A stretch of 63,767 nt of DNA, filler included, from an uncultured Synergistales bacterium (GTDB lineage: Bacteria > Synergistota > Synergistia > Synergistales > Aminobacteriaceae), in the NCBI GenBank assembly GCA_937897575.1. It is 5 parts of 5 records of this genome, joined end to end, with 100 filler letters (N's around TTAATTAATTAA, not from the genome) between each part and the next. Parts side by side here need not be neighbours in the genome. Positions count along the whole stretch, not along the records: positions 10,725 to 30,459 come from CALCQG010000059.1; positions 30,560 to 55,589 come from CALCQG010000060.1; 3 more parts are not named here. The stretch is one strand, 5' to 3'. Of this stretch, positions 30,300-39,840 are shown in pieces. Position 1 is the stretch's first letter; every line of letters begins with the position of its first letter. Both the position numbers and the translations under genes were made by a program. The notes beneath the pieces were generated by a model. That model was given only the letters and a program-made list of their open reading frames with translations. It was not told the DNA's origin and did not search any database.

Positions 30300-30459
30300 T
30301 GCACCCATCTCCTTTCCGTACCTCGACGATAAGGCTCTTCGTCCGCTCCCGGTATGGTATCAGCGGAACGGCACAGGGCGCATCGGCAAAGATGCCGAAC
30401 CGCCCCTCCTCCCGTCACGCTCCGAGCCCGATGGCGCCCTCCACCCGCCGCAGCGCCAG

Positions 30460-30559
30460 NNNNNNNNNNNNNNNNNNNNNNNNNNNNNNNNNNNNNNNNN
30501 NNNTTAATTAATTAANNNNNNNNNNNNNNNNNNNNNNNNNNNNNNNNNNNNNNNNNNNN
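30460..30559. other. Artificial contig linker
   Basis: N-run + TTAATTAATTAA + N-run. Confidence 0.98.
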
Positions 30560-30619
30560 GACACGATATCAGGAAATCGATATGTCAACGAAAGCGGGGC
30601 AAATTCAAATTCAAATTCA
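30560..30619 (-). mobile_element. Probable insertion-sequence terminus (IS3-family-like) interrupting the helicase
   Basis: Minus strand TGAATTTGCCCCGCTTTCGTTGACA resembles IS3-type ends; helicase sequence stops here and the contig breaks within 60 nt. Confidence 0.45.
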
Positions 30620-31391
30620 CCTCGTACCGTTTGCGTTCGTCCCCGGACAGCCGCACCTCGTATTCCGTGGACAGGAGCTCCGGCATCCTCAGGTGGTCGG
30701 TGGACCTCATCGAGATCGTGATGTCGGATATCTTCCGGTAGATGGCGTCCTCAGCACCGGGCAGCGGCTTGTAGGAGTAGACGGTCGAGCCTTTCCTCTT
30801 GTCCGGCACGAAGTAGTCCAGCCGATACTGGCCGATGAACCGTCCGAGCCGTACCCCCTGGTCGAGGAGCCTGAACTCCGCCCACAGGTCCATGAGCCCG
30901 TTGGAGGAAGGGGTCCCGGTGAGGCCGACGATCCTTTTCACCGTGGTGCGGACCTTCATGAGTGCCTTGAACCGCTTGGACCTGTGGTTCTTGAAGGACG
31001 AGAGCTCGTCGACGACCACCATGTCGTAATCGAACGGGGCGCCGGAGCCCTCGATCAGCCAGACGAGGTTCTCCCGGTTGACGATCGTGACGTCCGCGCC
31101 TTGAAGGAGGGCCGCTTTCCGCTCCCTTGCGGTCCCGACCGCGACGGCGTAGGTGATGCCGGACAGGTGCTCCCATTTCCGGATCTCCGCGGGCCAGGTG
31201 TCCCTCGCCACGCGAAGCGGCGCGACCACCAGGACGCGGTGGACCAGGAAGCTGTCGAACAGAAGATCGGAGACGGCCGTCAGGCTGATCACCGTCTTGC
31301 CAAGACCCATGTCCAGAAGGACCGCGGCGACCGGATGCGTCTCGATGTAGTCGATGGCGTATCTCTGGTAGTCATGGGGTTCGAAGTTCAT
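30585..31391 (-). pseudogene. SNF2-like phage helicase, C-terminally truncated
   Basis: LDMGLGKT, VVDELSSFK, GLTGTP present; second RecA-like domain absent, replaced by VNLNLNLPRFR. Confidence 0.8.
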
Positions 31392-31653
31392 CCAGCATCC
31401 CTCCGATCTGCTTTACGTCATCAATCACATAGACCCGGTATCCCAGCTTCCGAAGGAGCCGGTGACGCGACAGCTGAAGCGGTCTCGGACTTTGCCCGGG
31501 TGCCTTCAGCTCCGCGAACGCCATATGCCCGTCAGGCAACAGGATGAGGCGGTCGGGCATGCCCGCGAATCCCGGTGAGACGAGCTTCGGAGCGATCCCG
31601 CCCGCGCTTTTTACCGTCACGACGAGTTTTCGTTCTATGTCCTTTTCGTTCAT
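31372..31653 (-). CDS. VRR-NUC domain nuclease
   Basis: EKDIE...GMPDRLIL...FAELKAPG..PRPLQ. Confidence 0.9.
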   Translation of the reverse strand: MNEKDIERKLVVTVKSAGGIAPKLVSPGFAGMPDRLILLPDGHMAFAELKAPGQSPRPLQLSRHRLLRKLGYRVYVIDDVKQIGGMLDELRTP

Positions 31654-31677
31654 GCGTTCCTCCTCGAAAAATCCGAG

Positions 31678-31775
31678 GTGTGCAGGTCTCGATGGTCTAT
31701 TCCTAAAACCCCTATATAGATGTTTGATTCTTCTCTATAGGGACTTTTGTATATAGACCTTCTCGACCTGCACAC
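31678..31775. repeat. Long imperfect inverted repeat downstream of primase (candidate origin)
   Basis: Nested arms GTGTGCAGGTC/GACCTGCACAC, GGTCTAT/ATAGACC, CCCTATATAGA/TCTCTATAGGG; AT-rich core. Confidence 0.7.
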
Positions 31776-31783
31776 ATGGGGAT

Positions 31784-34069
31784 TCAGCCCAGAAAATCCT
31801 GACCTGACTTGAGCCTCAGACCATAAACAAGAATCCCGTTTCTGGTCTTCCTGCGCCTGAACCCGGCCTTCTCAAGGTTCCCGTAGAAATCCGTCGTGCT
31901 CCGGGCATACTCCCCGGTCTGAAAGCAGACCGCATGGTACTGCTGGTAGAGATCACCGGATTTCTCCGTGTATGACGGATCCACGTCGCAGTGCTCGTCG
32001 ATGAACTGGCCGAGCCAGTCATTGTCCTCACGGTATTTGTCGAAGGCGTCCCTGACCGCCTTCGGCTCCGGTATCTTGAACCCCTTGGAGATGGCGATCC
32101 CGGCCCCTTCGATGATCCATGAGAGGATCGCCGGGCCCGCCTGCTCGAAAAGGTAGTCGGAGTAGTTCTTGATGTCGGATTTCCCGGTGATCTTCGCATT
32201 GAACGGGATCACGATGAGCCGCCTCCAGGTGCCGTCGTCGTTCGCGGACACCTTCGGCAGGTAGTTCGTATAAAGGACGAGCGTGTGCGAGGGGTCGAAG
32301 TGGAACGGGTCCTTGTATTTCTTCTCCGCCTCGATCGGATCGACGCTGCACAGCTGCTTCACCATGCCGGTGTTGAGCCGCTGGCCTTCCTCAAGCTCGG
32401 ATGCGATGATGAGGCGCTTGCCCTTGAGCTCCGCCATTTCCGGTTTGACGTTCCGCTTGCAGTTCATGGTGAGCGCCTCGGCGGAGATCTTGCCGGAGTA
32501 GTTTCCGAGGACCCTGGCGATGGTGTTCCAGAAGGTGGACTTGCCGTTCGCGCCGCCTCCGTAGGCGATGATCATCTGCTCCGCGTAGACGCGTCCGACC
32601 GCAGCCATGCCGACGATCTGCTGCACGTAGCCGATGAGCTCCCGGTCGCCGCAGAAGAACAGGTCAAGGTTCTGAAGCCACAGATCCGTTCCCTTGTCGC
32701 CGGGAGAGCAGGCCGTGATCTTCGTGATGAGATCGTCCGGATCATGCGGATGACTGCCCATGAGACCCTTCGTCAGATCGTAGGTGCCGTCCGGCGTGTT
32801 GAGGAGCTCCGGATCGTAGTCGAGTTCGGACACGTCAAGCGCCAGCATCGGCTTCGCGGCGTTCTGCGCGTTGACGATGTTCTTGTAGTTCCGGTACTTC
32901 ATGACGAACTTCTTGTAGGTGTCCGCGCCAAGCAGCGCATGGAGAAGCCCCATCTTGTTTTCCGGAACGGCGTTCACGAGCGCCTTGCCTCTTGCCTTGA
33001 CGTCGGATTCCGGTACGCCGAGGGCGATGAGGTTCTCCTCCGCGATGCGGATCGCCTCCGTCGCATCAAGAAGCTGGTCGTCCATGAAGCTCTCGACGAC
33101 GCCCAGCGATTTCTGCTTGTCCTCGTACCAGCGGTCCCCGCCGAAGGCGATGAAGTCCGTGGCGCTCGTGAAGCGGAGCCGGTCCCGGCACTCCTTGGAG
33201 ATGACCTTGGCCTCTCCGATGTCGGAGTAGTCCTCCGGCTTCAGGAAGCCGGTACCGAACGTGTCCTCGTACTCGTCTGGCGGAACGTATCCGTCGCTTC
33301 CCTCCACCTTGCTTTTGAAGAACTTCAGGGCGCTCCGCCAGATGGTCCTGAGCTCCTTTGCCGGAAGCGGCGGATCGCATTTCCCGGCTCGCTCCAGATA
33401 CGCCTCGTAGGCTTTGTCCGTGTCGCCGAAGCGCTTCAGCACGCGGCCAGCGAAATGGGACATCGTGTTGTTGCGGCTTCCCTCCGGGATCGACCCGCCG
33501 GTGTAGGCAGGCGCATCCGGTGCTTCCCCGTCCGGCGCATCCGGCAGGATCCGGTCGATCGTGAGCGTGCCTTCATGCCAGAACACGTCCTCCGGTTTCA
33601 CCTTCGCGCCATACAGGAATCGTGCGGCGTCGAGCGCCTTTGAGTCGAAGAACGGGAACTTCTGCATGCCGGATTTCTTGAGCGCGGCGAAGGCGTCGGC
33701 GTCCGTGCAGACCGTGATCGGCGCGACCAGATGGAAACGGGGACGGGGCGAGTAGCTGTCTTTCCGGAGCATGTTGTGGCGGCTCGGGGAGGCGGCGAAC
33801 GCCACGTCCGCAAGAGCGCCTCCGGCCAGCTTCTTCGGCGTCACCCAGTCATCCGGGTTTTCCGAGAAATCATTGTCGCAGTCCCAGACGATGGCGTCGG
33901 CGGAGATGAAGTTGTCGTTCGACCGGTAGCTGTTCCTGTATGCCGCGGTCACGTGGTCGCGTGCGACGGCGGCGGCGAAATCCTCCGGGGTGTTGATGAT
34001 CGCTTCATGCGGGTAGAGGCAGTTGGCCTCGTTTCCCGTGCAGTCCGCGGTGTATAACGTGAATCTCAT
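31784..34069 (-). CDS. Phage/plasmid primase-helicase, P4 family
   Basis: IPEGSRNN (PriCT), D5-type region, GGGANGKST Walker A, WRRLIVIPF. Confidence 0.92.
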   Translation of the reverse strand: MRFTLYTADCTGNEANCLYPHEAIINTPEDFAAAVARDHVTAAYRNSYRSNDNFISADAIVWDCDNDFSENPDDWVTPKKLAGGALADVAFAASPSRHNMLRKDSYSPRPRFHLVAPITVCTDADAFAALKKSGMQKFPFFDSKALDAARFLYGAKVKPEDVFWHEGTLTIDRILPDAPDGEAPDAPAYTGGSIPEGSRNNTMSHFAGRVLKRFGDTDKAYEAYLERAGKCDPPLPAKELRTIWRSALKFFKSKVEGSDGYVPPDEYEDTFGTGFLKPEDYSDIGEAKVISKECRDRLRFTSATDFIAFGGDRWYEDKQKSLGVVESFMDDQLLDATEAIRIAEENLIALGVPESDVKARGKALVNAVPENKMGLLHALLGADTYKKFVMKYRNYKNIVNAQNAAKPMLALDVSELDYDPELLNTPDGTYDLTKGLMGSHPHDPDDLITKITACSPGDKGTDLWLQNLDLFFCGDRELIGYVQQIVGMAAVGRVYAEQMIIAYGGGANGKSTFWNTIARVLGNYSGKISAEALTMNCKRNVKPEMAELKGKRLIIASELEEGQRLNTGMVKQLCSVDPIEAEKKYKDPFHFDPSHTLVLYTNYLPKVSANDDGTWRRLIVIPFNAKITGKSDIKNYSDYLFEQAGPAILSWIIEGAGIAISKGFKIPEPKAVRDAFDKYREDNDWLGQFIDEHCDVDPSYTEKSGDLYQQYHAVCFQTGEYARSTTDFYGNLEKAGFRRRKTRNGILVYGLRLKSGQDFLG

Positions 34070-34071
34070 GC

Positions 34072-34404
34072 TCAGTCGTACACCTCCTTCGATTCGTCCT
34101 CGAGCACCCTCACGATGAACCTGAGCGCCCGGATCATGGTCTCCAGCTCGCAGTCACCGCCGAGGACGACCTCGAATCCCGTCGCGTCCCCGTAGCGGTC
34201 GCGGAGAACATGGACGTCCATGTCCGTGCAGGCCGCATCCGAGATCCGGAAATAGGTCCTTCCGCCGTGCCCGCTGTCGCCGCCCTTGTAGCCGGTGGTC
34301 CCGGCCTCGACATCGAGGATGTTGGCGCTGACGACCTCGCGCCCGTAGGTTGTGATTTCCGTCCCGTCATCCAGCACCTTGCTGTGTTCGTTTATTTCGT
34401 ACAT
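34072..34404 (-). CDS. Phage hypothetical protein
   Basis: ATG with RBS AGGAGG; EAGTTGYKGGDSGHGGRT motif; in operon. Confidence 0.75.
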   Translation of the reverse strand: MYEINEHSKVLDDGTEITTYGREVVSANILDVEAGTTGYKGGDSGHGGRTYFRISDAACTDMDVHVLRDRYGDATGFEVVLGGDCELETMIRALRFIVRVLEDESKEVYD

Positions 34405-34406
34405 GC

Positions 34407-34823
34407 TCAAACCTCCTGGCAGTCTTCCGTGAAATGGCGCAGATGGTAGCCTTTCCATCTGGCGCGTTTGATTTCCGTTTCCATCCCCGGGGAGATCCTG
34501 TCCCCGAACACCCAGACCTCCGCGCATTTGCTCATCAGGGCGTTCCCGAAAAAGAGTCCGAGTGAGCGTTCCGTCTCATCGTCGTCGTCAAGGAACTGGG
34601 GAAACAGAAGATGCGGAGCAAGCGGGATGTATCCCTGCTCCGTAGCGAAACGGCAGAAACGTCTGGCGGCCTCGACGTTCCTCTCCACGTCCCCGGCATA
34701 TGGGGAGCAGATGTAGACGATCGGCCGGAATGCCTTGAGTGATCTCCGCTCCTCGGCCTCGATGTTTCTGAGAGCCTCGTAGCATGTAGGGTCCGGATAG
34801 CCTTCGCTGTTCTTGTAATCCAT
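34407..34823 (-). CDS. DUF4406-like (nucleoside deoxyribosyltransferase-like) phage protein
   Basis: VYICSPYAGD, PLAPHLLFPQF, C.EVWVFG..IS.GM..EI. Confidence 0.8.
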   Translation of the reverse strand: MDYKNSEGYPDPTCYEALRNIEAEERRSLKAFRPIVYICSPYAGDVERNVEAARRFCRFATEQGYIPLAPHLLFPQFLDDDDETERSLGLFFGNALMSKCAEVWVFGDRISPGMETEIKRARWKGYHLRHFTEDCQEV

Positions 34824-34865
34824 GTGCCTTACCTCCTTCCCGAGGCGCTTTTTCGCCTCTGCTTC

Positions 34866-34894
34866 CCACTGGAGAAGGAGCGACGTTTTGAGCG
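34866..34894 (-). promoter_or_regulatory. Element-specific bipartite motif, copy 1 (putative alternative-sigma promoter)
   Basis: CGCTCAAA-N14-CCAGTGG on the minus strand, upstream of the DUF4406-like gene. Confidence 0.65.
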
Positions 34895-34900
34895 GGAGAA

Positions 34901-34925
34901 CCCGCCTCCGTTTTCAGGAGGCGGG
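34901..34925 (-). terminator. Terminator-like hairpin after the antirepressor gene
   Basis: CCCGCCTCC/GGAGGCGGG 9-bp stem; weak U tract. Confidence 0.55.
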
Positions 34926-34936
34926 CCGAGAAGGGG

Positions 34937-35719
34937 TCATCGTTCGATGAGTGGCAGGTTGCCGTCAGCCTTCATCCGTTCATAGATGAAGAGCCTTCCG
35001 GCCTGCGTCCAGTAGGTATGGACCGCGGTATGGATCTCACCGTCGCTTCCGGTGAAGGTCGTGGTCTTCGTGGAGGTGTAGCCCTTGTCGGCGTACTGCT
35101 GGTAGAGAAGCCAGATGCCGCTCGGCTGCCTGAACTGGATGCCTTTCTCATGAAGCCACTTGTTCATCCGTTTCGCGCTCCAGCCGTAATCCTTGGCGAT
35201 GACGGAGATCGCGACGAGATCCTTGCAGTTCAGGACCACGTCGTAATAGCTGGCCTTCGGCGTCATCTCGGCGATCTGCTGCGTCTGGACGGCGACCGTG
35301 TTCTCCATCTGCTGCCTTTTCTCGCGTTCCGCCTTGAGTTCCTGCAGGGCGGCGATGGCGATGTCCGGGTTGGCCAGGATGTCATCGATGGCGTAAAGGC
35401 CATGCCTTCGGATGGACGGCAGGACCTCCGAGGTCACCCAACGCTTGAAACGCCTCGCCGTGGGCAGCTTGCTGCCGAGGATCAGGGAGTACAGGCCGGA
35501 CTCGTTGATGACGATGGTTTCCTTCATCTGGTTTCCGTCGTGAACCATCAGCTTCTGCCGGTCGTCCTCGTCTACGTGCCGGTTGATATCTCGACTACCG
35601 TTCTGGTACTCGAGGATGTCGGCGACGTCCTTGCCGACGAACCACGGGTCACCGTCGATCGTGATGGTGCGTACGGTTCCGAACTCCGCGTTTGTGAATG
35701 TTGTCATTTCGTTTGCCAT
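34937..35719 (-). CDS. Phage antirepressor (Bro-N + KilAC/ANT)
   Basis: PWFVGKDVA, INESGLYSLI, FKRWVTSEVLPSIR; C-terminal PKASYYD...WTQAGR.FI. Confidence 0.92.
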   Translation of the reverse strand: MANEMTTFTNAEFGTVRTITIDGDPWFVGKDVADILEYQNGSRDINRHVDEDDRQKLMVHDGNQMKETIVINESGLYSLILGSKLPTARRFKRWVTSEVLPSIRRHGLYAIDDILANPDIAIAALQELKAEREKRQQMENTVAVQTQQIAEMTPKASYYDVVLNCKDLVAISVIAKDYGWSAKRMNKWLHEKGIQFRQPSGIWLLYQQYADKGYTSTKTTTFTGSDGEIHTAVHTYWTQAGRLFIYERMKADGNLPLIER

Positions 35720-35778
35720 GAGGTTGTCCTTTCCGGGCGGGCGGAAGGTTTTCTGTCTGGTGCTCGCCCTTTCACCTC

Positions 35779-35807
35779 CCACTGGGGAAAGGCAGCCGTT
35801 TTGAGCG
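35779..35807 (-). promoter_or_regulatory. Element-specific bipartite motif, copy 2
   Basis: CGCTCAAA-N14-CCAGTGG upstream of the antirepressor gene. Confidence 0.65.
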
Positions 35808-35840
35808 AAAAAACGCCTCCGCTTATTTCTGCGGAGGCGT
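35808..35840 (-). terminator. Rho-independent terminator after DNA polymerase
   Basis: ACGCCTCCGC/GCGGAGGCGT 10-bp stem with T tract on the minus strand. Confidence 0.8.
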
Positions 35841-35864
35841 GGGATGCATGTGGACAAGGCTGTT

Positions 35865-37853
35865 TCAATCTTTCTTATAGAACGGCGTGGTATAGCCGTC
35901 CGCGCGAAGGACAAGCCCCGGTGTCCACGGTGGGGTCCTGCCCATCTGCTCGCAGATCGCATCAAGGGAGACTTTTAGGTCTGCTTCGATGATCAGCTCG
36001 TCATGGACGTGCATGACGATCCGGCAGCAGCGGAGCGTCTTCATGGCAAAGCACAGGATGTCGCGGGATGTGGCCTGCACGATGTTCTCCACGAATTTCG
36101 GACCGTAGGAGTCGAGGCGTACCCATTTCTTGGAAGCGCCGATGCCCTCGTAGGTGATGCATTCGCCGCCGAACCGGTTCGTCCCGATCCTCGGCTTCAC
36201 ATACGCGAGTTTTCTGCCGGAGGGCAGCCGGATGAACAGCATGCCGGAGCGGCAGTCGAATGTCAGGCCGTAGATGGTGGATGGGGCGTGGTATCGGACG
36301 GCGTTCATGACGGCCCTGTCCACATCCCACCAGAACCGGACGATGCGGGGGTTCGTCTGCCGCCACGCGTCGACCAAGGGAGGAAGCTCGTCCTCGGAGA
36401 GCCCCATCTCGAGCGCGCCCATCGCCTTGAGCGCCCCGACCGACCCGCCGTAGCCGAGCGCGAGCTCTGCGATCTTGCCTTTCTGCCGCAGGTGCCCGTT
36501 CACCCCGTGCTTCACGACCGGCACATGGAACATCTGGGAAGCCGACGCGCAGTAGATGTCGCCACCGTCCTCGAACACCTTCTGCCGCCACTTCTCACCG
36601 GCGTACCATGCGATCACCCTTGCCTCGATGGCGGAGAAGTCGGCGACGTAGAAAAGCATGCCGTCCTTCGGGATGAAGGCAGTCCGGATGAGCTGCGAGA
36701 GCGTGTCCGGGACATCCTCGTAGAGCATCTTGACGGCCTCGAAGTCCCCGGACTTCACCAGTGCGCGGGCGGAGGAGAGATCCTCCAGATGGTTCTGCGG
36801 GAGGTTCTGCAGCTGGATCAGGCGTCCGGCCCAGCGGCCCGTGCGGTTCGCACCATAGAAGGCGAACATCCCACGCGCCCTTACGTCCTCGCAGATGGCC
36901 CGCTGCATGGTCTGATATTTCCTGACGGATGATCTGGCAAGCTGCTGGCGAAGCTCAAGAGCCTCCCTGAGTCTTGGCGGAACGGAATCGATAAGCTTTG
37001 CGACCTCTTTTTTCCCGAGGCTTCCGACCTCGACCCCTTGCAGCGCAAGCCACTGCTTCATCTGCTGCACGCTGTTCGGATTGTCGAGGGAGGTCAGGTC
37101 CTTCATCGCGGCAGTGAGCTCCGACCGTGACCGGGAATCCATCTCGATGGCTTTCTCCACAAGATCCATGTCAAGTCGGACGCCGCGGTCGTTGATCTCC
37201 TGATCGATGTGGTATTCGTCCCACACGGAGTCCGGCACCGGGAATTTGGACAGTCGCTGCTTGATCCCCATTTCCGTTTCGACGTCCCGGATGTTGTATC
37301 GCTTGAACGCTTCCCACTTGTCCGGGGCGTGGCGGGGAAGGTTCCTGGTCCTGCCACCGTTCGATTTCGTCGGCGTGCAGGGGACGCAGAAGTATTTGAT
37401 GAGGTCCTTGCCCTCCGTGAGCTTCTGCTTCTCCAGCCCGAGGACCGTGCCGACGCCTTCCAATGAGCGAGGCAGCCCCATCGTGGAAGCCCAGACCATG
37501 GAGCAGCGCCAGCTTTCCGGGTTCAGGAAACGGGCGCGTTCCGTGGACAGGGGATGGCCGTCGTGGAACGGGTCGAGGCTCAGGCCCTTGTCGCGCAGGT
37601 ACCGGGACAGGCAGACACGTTCGAAGTTCGCGTTGTACGCCCACTTGACGACCTCGTCACTGACAAGGGCGTCGATGAGGTCCGGCGGGAGCGTTTCCCC
37701 CTGCGCGAGATCGATCGTCCCGGCCTCGCCGTTGTCGACGGAATATCCGAAGAGCAGGATCTCGAAGGCAGGAGATTCGGCGTACTTATACACGCCGCAT
37801 TTGCCGAGCTCGACGTCACTATAGGTTTCAATATCTATGCTCAGTGTTTTCAC
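35865..37853 (-). CDS. Phage-type DNA polymerase, family A
   Basis: Exonuclease motifs IDIETYS, AYNANFE, YNIRDVE; polymerase motifs DFSAIEARV, RQKGKIAELALGYGG, HVHDE. Confidence 0.93.
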   Translation of the reverse strand: MKTLSIDIETYSDVELGKCGVYKYAESPAFEILLFGYSVDNGEAGTIDLAQGETLPPDLIDALVSDEVVKWAYNANFERVCLSRYLRDKGLSLDPFHDGHPLSTERARFLNPESWRCSMVWASTMGLPRSLEGVGTVLGLEKQKLTEGKDLIKYFCVPCTPTKSNGGRTRNLPRHAPDKWEAFKRYNIRDVETEMGIKQRLSKFPVPDSVWDEYHIDQEINDRGVRLDMDLVEKAIEMDSRSRSELTAAMKDLTSLDNPNSVQQMKQWLALQGVEVGSLGKKEVAKLIDSVPPRLREALELRQQLARSSVRKYQTMQRAICEDVRARGMFAFYGANRTGRWAGRLIQLQNLPQNHLEDLSSARALVKSGDFEAVKMLYEDVPDTLSQLIRTAFIPKDGMLFYVADFSAIEARVIAWYAGEKWRQKVFEDGGDIYCASASQMFHVPVVKHGVNGHLRQKGKIAELALGYGGSVGALKAMGALEMGLSEDELPPLVDAWRQTNPRIVRFWWDVDRAVMNAVRYHAPSTIYGLTFDCRSGMLFIRLPSGRKLAYVKPRIGTNRFGGECITYEGIGASKKWVRLDSYGPKFVENIVQATSRDILCFAMKTLRCCRIVMHVHDELIIEADLKVSLDAICEQMGRTPPWTPGLVLRADGYTTPFYKKD

Positions 37854-37909
37854 TATTTGCCTCCAACCAGACAGGCGGCGGGGATCGCTCCCCACCGCCT
37901 GCCGTGTGC

Positions 37910-38128
37910 TTATTCCAGGTTGAGTCCCTTCATCCGCGCATCGTGGTATTCCTTGTCACGCCGTGCCTTCTCAAGCTCGAGCTTTTTCTTCTCGGCTTCC
38001 CACTTCGCATTCTCCATGTCGCGTCTGCGGTCATCGACCGTGTCGATGACCGAGCGGACGATCCAGAAAGCGGCGAGAAGGATATACAGAGACAGGGTCA
38101 GGGCGCAGAGAACATATGTCCAGGCCAT
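37910..38128 (-). CDS. Small membrane-anchored coiled-coil protein
   Basis: RBS AAGGAGG; hydrophobic N-terminus then charged helix. Confidence 0.65.
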   Translation of the reverse strand: MAWTYVLCALTLSLYILLAAFWIVRSVIDTVDDRRRDMENAKWEAEKKKLELEKARRDKEYHDARMKGLNLE

Positions 38129-38138
38129 GGCGGCCTCC

Positions 38139-38705
38139 TTAGTCCAGGAAATCCTCGTCATCGTCGGTCGCGAAGTCGGACTCGGCGCTTGCCTTTCCTC
38201 CGAGCGGCTCGCCGTCACGGATCTTCTGCAGGTTGTTGAGCCCGCAGGCGATGCCCCTGTTGCCGGAGCTGTTGAACGCGTAGAAGGTGATGCTGGCGCG
38301 TCCGTAAACGCCGCTGTACACCTCCGAGCGGGTGAGGATCGGATTCAGGTCAGCATCCACGATGCCCGGAGCGGTGGTGGCGTTCGCATTGACGAAGTAA
38401 GCGTTCCTGTAGGCATCGTCGTCCGGACGCTCCACATCGCCGTCGCGCAGGGGCGTCTTGATCGCCGACAGGGCGGGCACGCTCTTTCCGTTCCCGCGCA
38501 GCTTGGCCTCGCCCTCCTTGTAGGCCGCCTCGATGGCCGCCTTGATCTTGGTGAGCGTCGCGGTGTCGGACTTCGGGATGATCAGGCTGACGCTGTACTT
38601 CGGGGTTCCGCCGTTGATCGACTTCGGCTCCCACACGTTTGCATAGCTCCAGCGGGTGTTCGGTCCAGTGATGACCTTCATGGGGTTGGCGATTCGTTTA
38701 CTCAT
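38139..38705 (-). CDS. DUF2815-family ssDNA-binding protein
   Basis: RWSYANVWEP, PLRDGD, EVYSGVYGR, GLNNLQK, acidic C-terminal tail. Confidence 0.92.
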   Translation of the reverse strand: MSKRIANPMKVITGPNTRWSYANVWEPKSINGGTPKYSVSLIIPKSDTATLTKIKAAIEAAYKEGEAKLRGNGKSVPALSAIKTPLRDGDVERPDDDAYRNAYFVNANATTAPGIVDADLNPILTRSEVYSGVYGRASITFYAFNSSGNRGIACGLNNLQKIRDGEPLGGKASAESDFATDDDEDFLD

Positions 38706-39840
38706 GGTGTTTTTCCTCCTTGAAATCGTTTTTTGCTGTGTTCATGGCCGGGCGCTTGTCGCTGTCCGGCACGAGGGTGGGTTTGCCCTGCGGCTTCTCG
38801 ATGTATGCCGACAGGAGTCCGTCGAAACGGGATTTGCCGAGGAGTTTCTGCATGGCGGTGATGCCGAGGAGCTTCCTCTCGTACGGGTCGTACCCGGCGT
38901 CGGTGACCGCCTTGGCGACGGACGTCTCGTCGGTGTACCTGCGGACGGATCGTCCCTCGACCAGTTTGAAGCCATGCCATTCCTTCCCGGAGAGCGCCTG
39001 CCGGAGCGCGTACTCCTTGACGTCGGACGCCCAGGAGACCAGACCGTCCACCTTGGAGAGGATGACCTCGATCTCCGCGTCGGACAGCTCCGGCGGAAGC
39101 CTGAAGTCATGCTGCGCGAGCTTCAGGTTCTCCTCCGCCCGGGCGCGGCAGATGCTCTTCGCCTTGCAGAACCGGCACCAGTCGCCGCAGGAGAATTCCC
39201 CCTTGCCGACCCATGCGAGATCCGCGGCGGGCTTCAGGACATCCGTGGCCCAGGCGAGAAGACCCGTCTTCGGGATCCGCCACTCGCTGACGTTTGAACG
39301 TCTCGGCTGGTAGATGTGCAGGGCGACGTCCCCGATGTCGTAGATGTCGTCGAAAAGCTCCAAGGCACCGAGCGCGTAGCATTTGAGCTGCGGGTTGTCC
39401 TCGGCCGACACCTCGATGCCGGTCCCGTACTTGAGATCGATGATGTGTAGCGTTCCGTCCGCGATGACGAGTGCGTCGGCGGTGCCGAAGCCCTGTTTCA
39501 CCCAGCGGGAGAAATCCACGCGCTGCTCGACCATGACGGCCGGGTCCGCGCAGGCTTCCTTCGCGGCCTGCACCTGCTCGAGCACGTAGCTCGTGTATCC
39601 GTCGGTCGCCTCGTCCATCTCCTCGTCATAGAAGTCGAGGCTCTCGGGCGGGTCGTCGGTCGGCTGGCCGAGCGCCTTGCGGAGCTTGTACTCTGCGAGT
39701 GCGTGTGCGCAGGTGCCCTCGAGGGCGTAGTCGCTTCCCTTGTCCGCGAAGCCCTCGCCGAGCCTGACGGACGGCGGGCAGTGGATCCACCGGTCTGAGC
39801 CGGACGCTGAAAGGACCGCATGCTGTCTTTCAGAATTCAT
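38698..39840 (-). CDS. DUF2800-family PD-(D/E)xK nuclease
   Basis: HAVLSAS..RW..CPPS, GFGTAD, IIDLKYG, WCRFCKAK..CRAR. Confidence 0.92.
   Translation of the reverse strand: MNSERQHAVLSASGSDRWIHCPPSVRLGEGFADKGSDYALEGTCAHALAEYKLRKALGQPTDDPPESLDFYDEEMDEATDGYTSYVLEQVQAAKEACADPAVMVEQRVDFSRWVKQGFGTADALVIADGTLHIIDLKYGTGIEVSAEDNPQLKCYALGALELFDDIYDIGDVALHIYQPRRSNVSEWRIPKTGLLAWATDVLKPAADLAWVGKGEFSCGDWCRFCKAKSICRARAEENLKLAQHDFRLPPELSDAEIEVILSKVDGLVSWASDVKEYALRQALSGKEWHGFKLVEGRSVRRYTDETSVAKAVTDAGYDPYERKLLGITAMQKLLGKSRFDGLLSAYIEKPQGKPTLVPDSDKRPAMNTAKNDFKEEKHHE

Noticed and set aside
38698..39840. DUF2800 as CRISPR Cas4
   Set aside because: Cas4-like fold but in a standard phage replication context; no cas genes or repeat-spacer array seen
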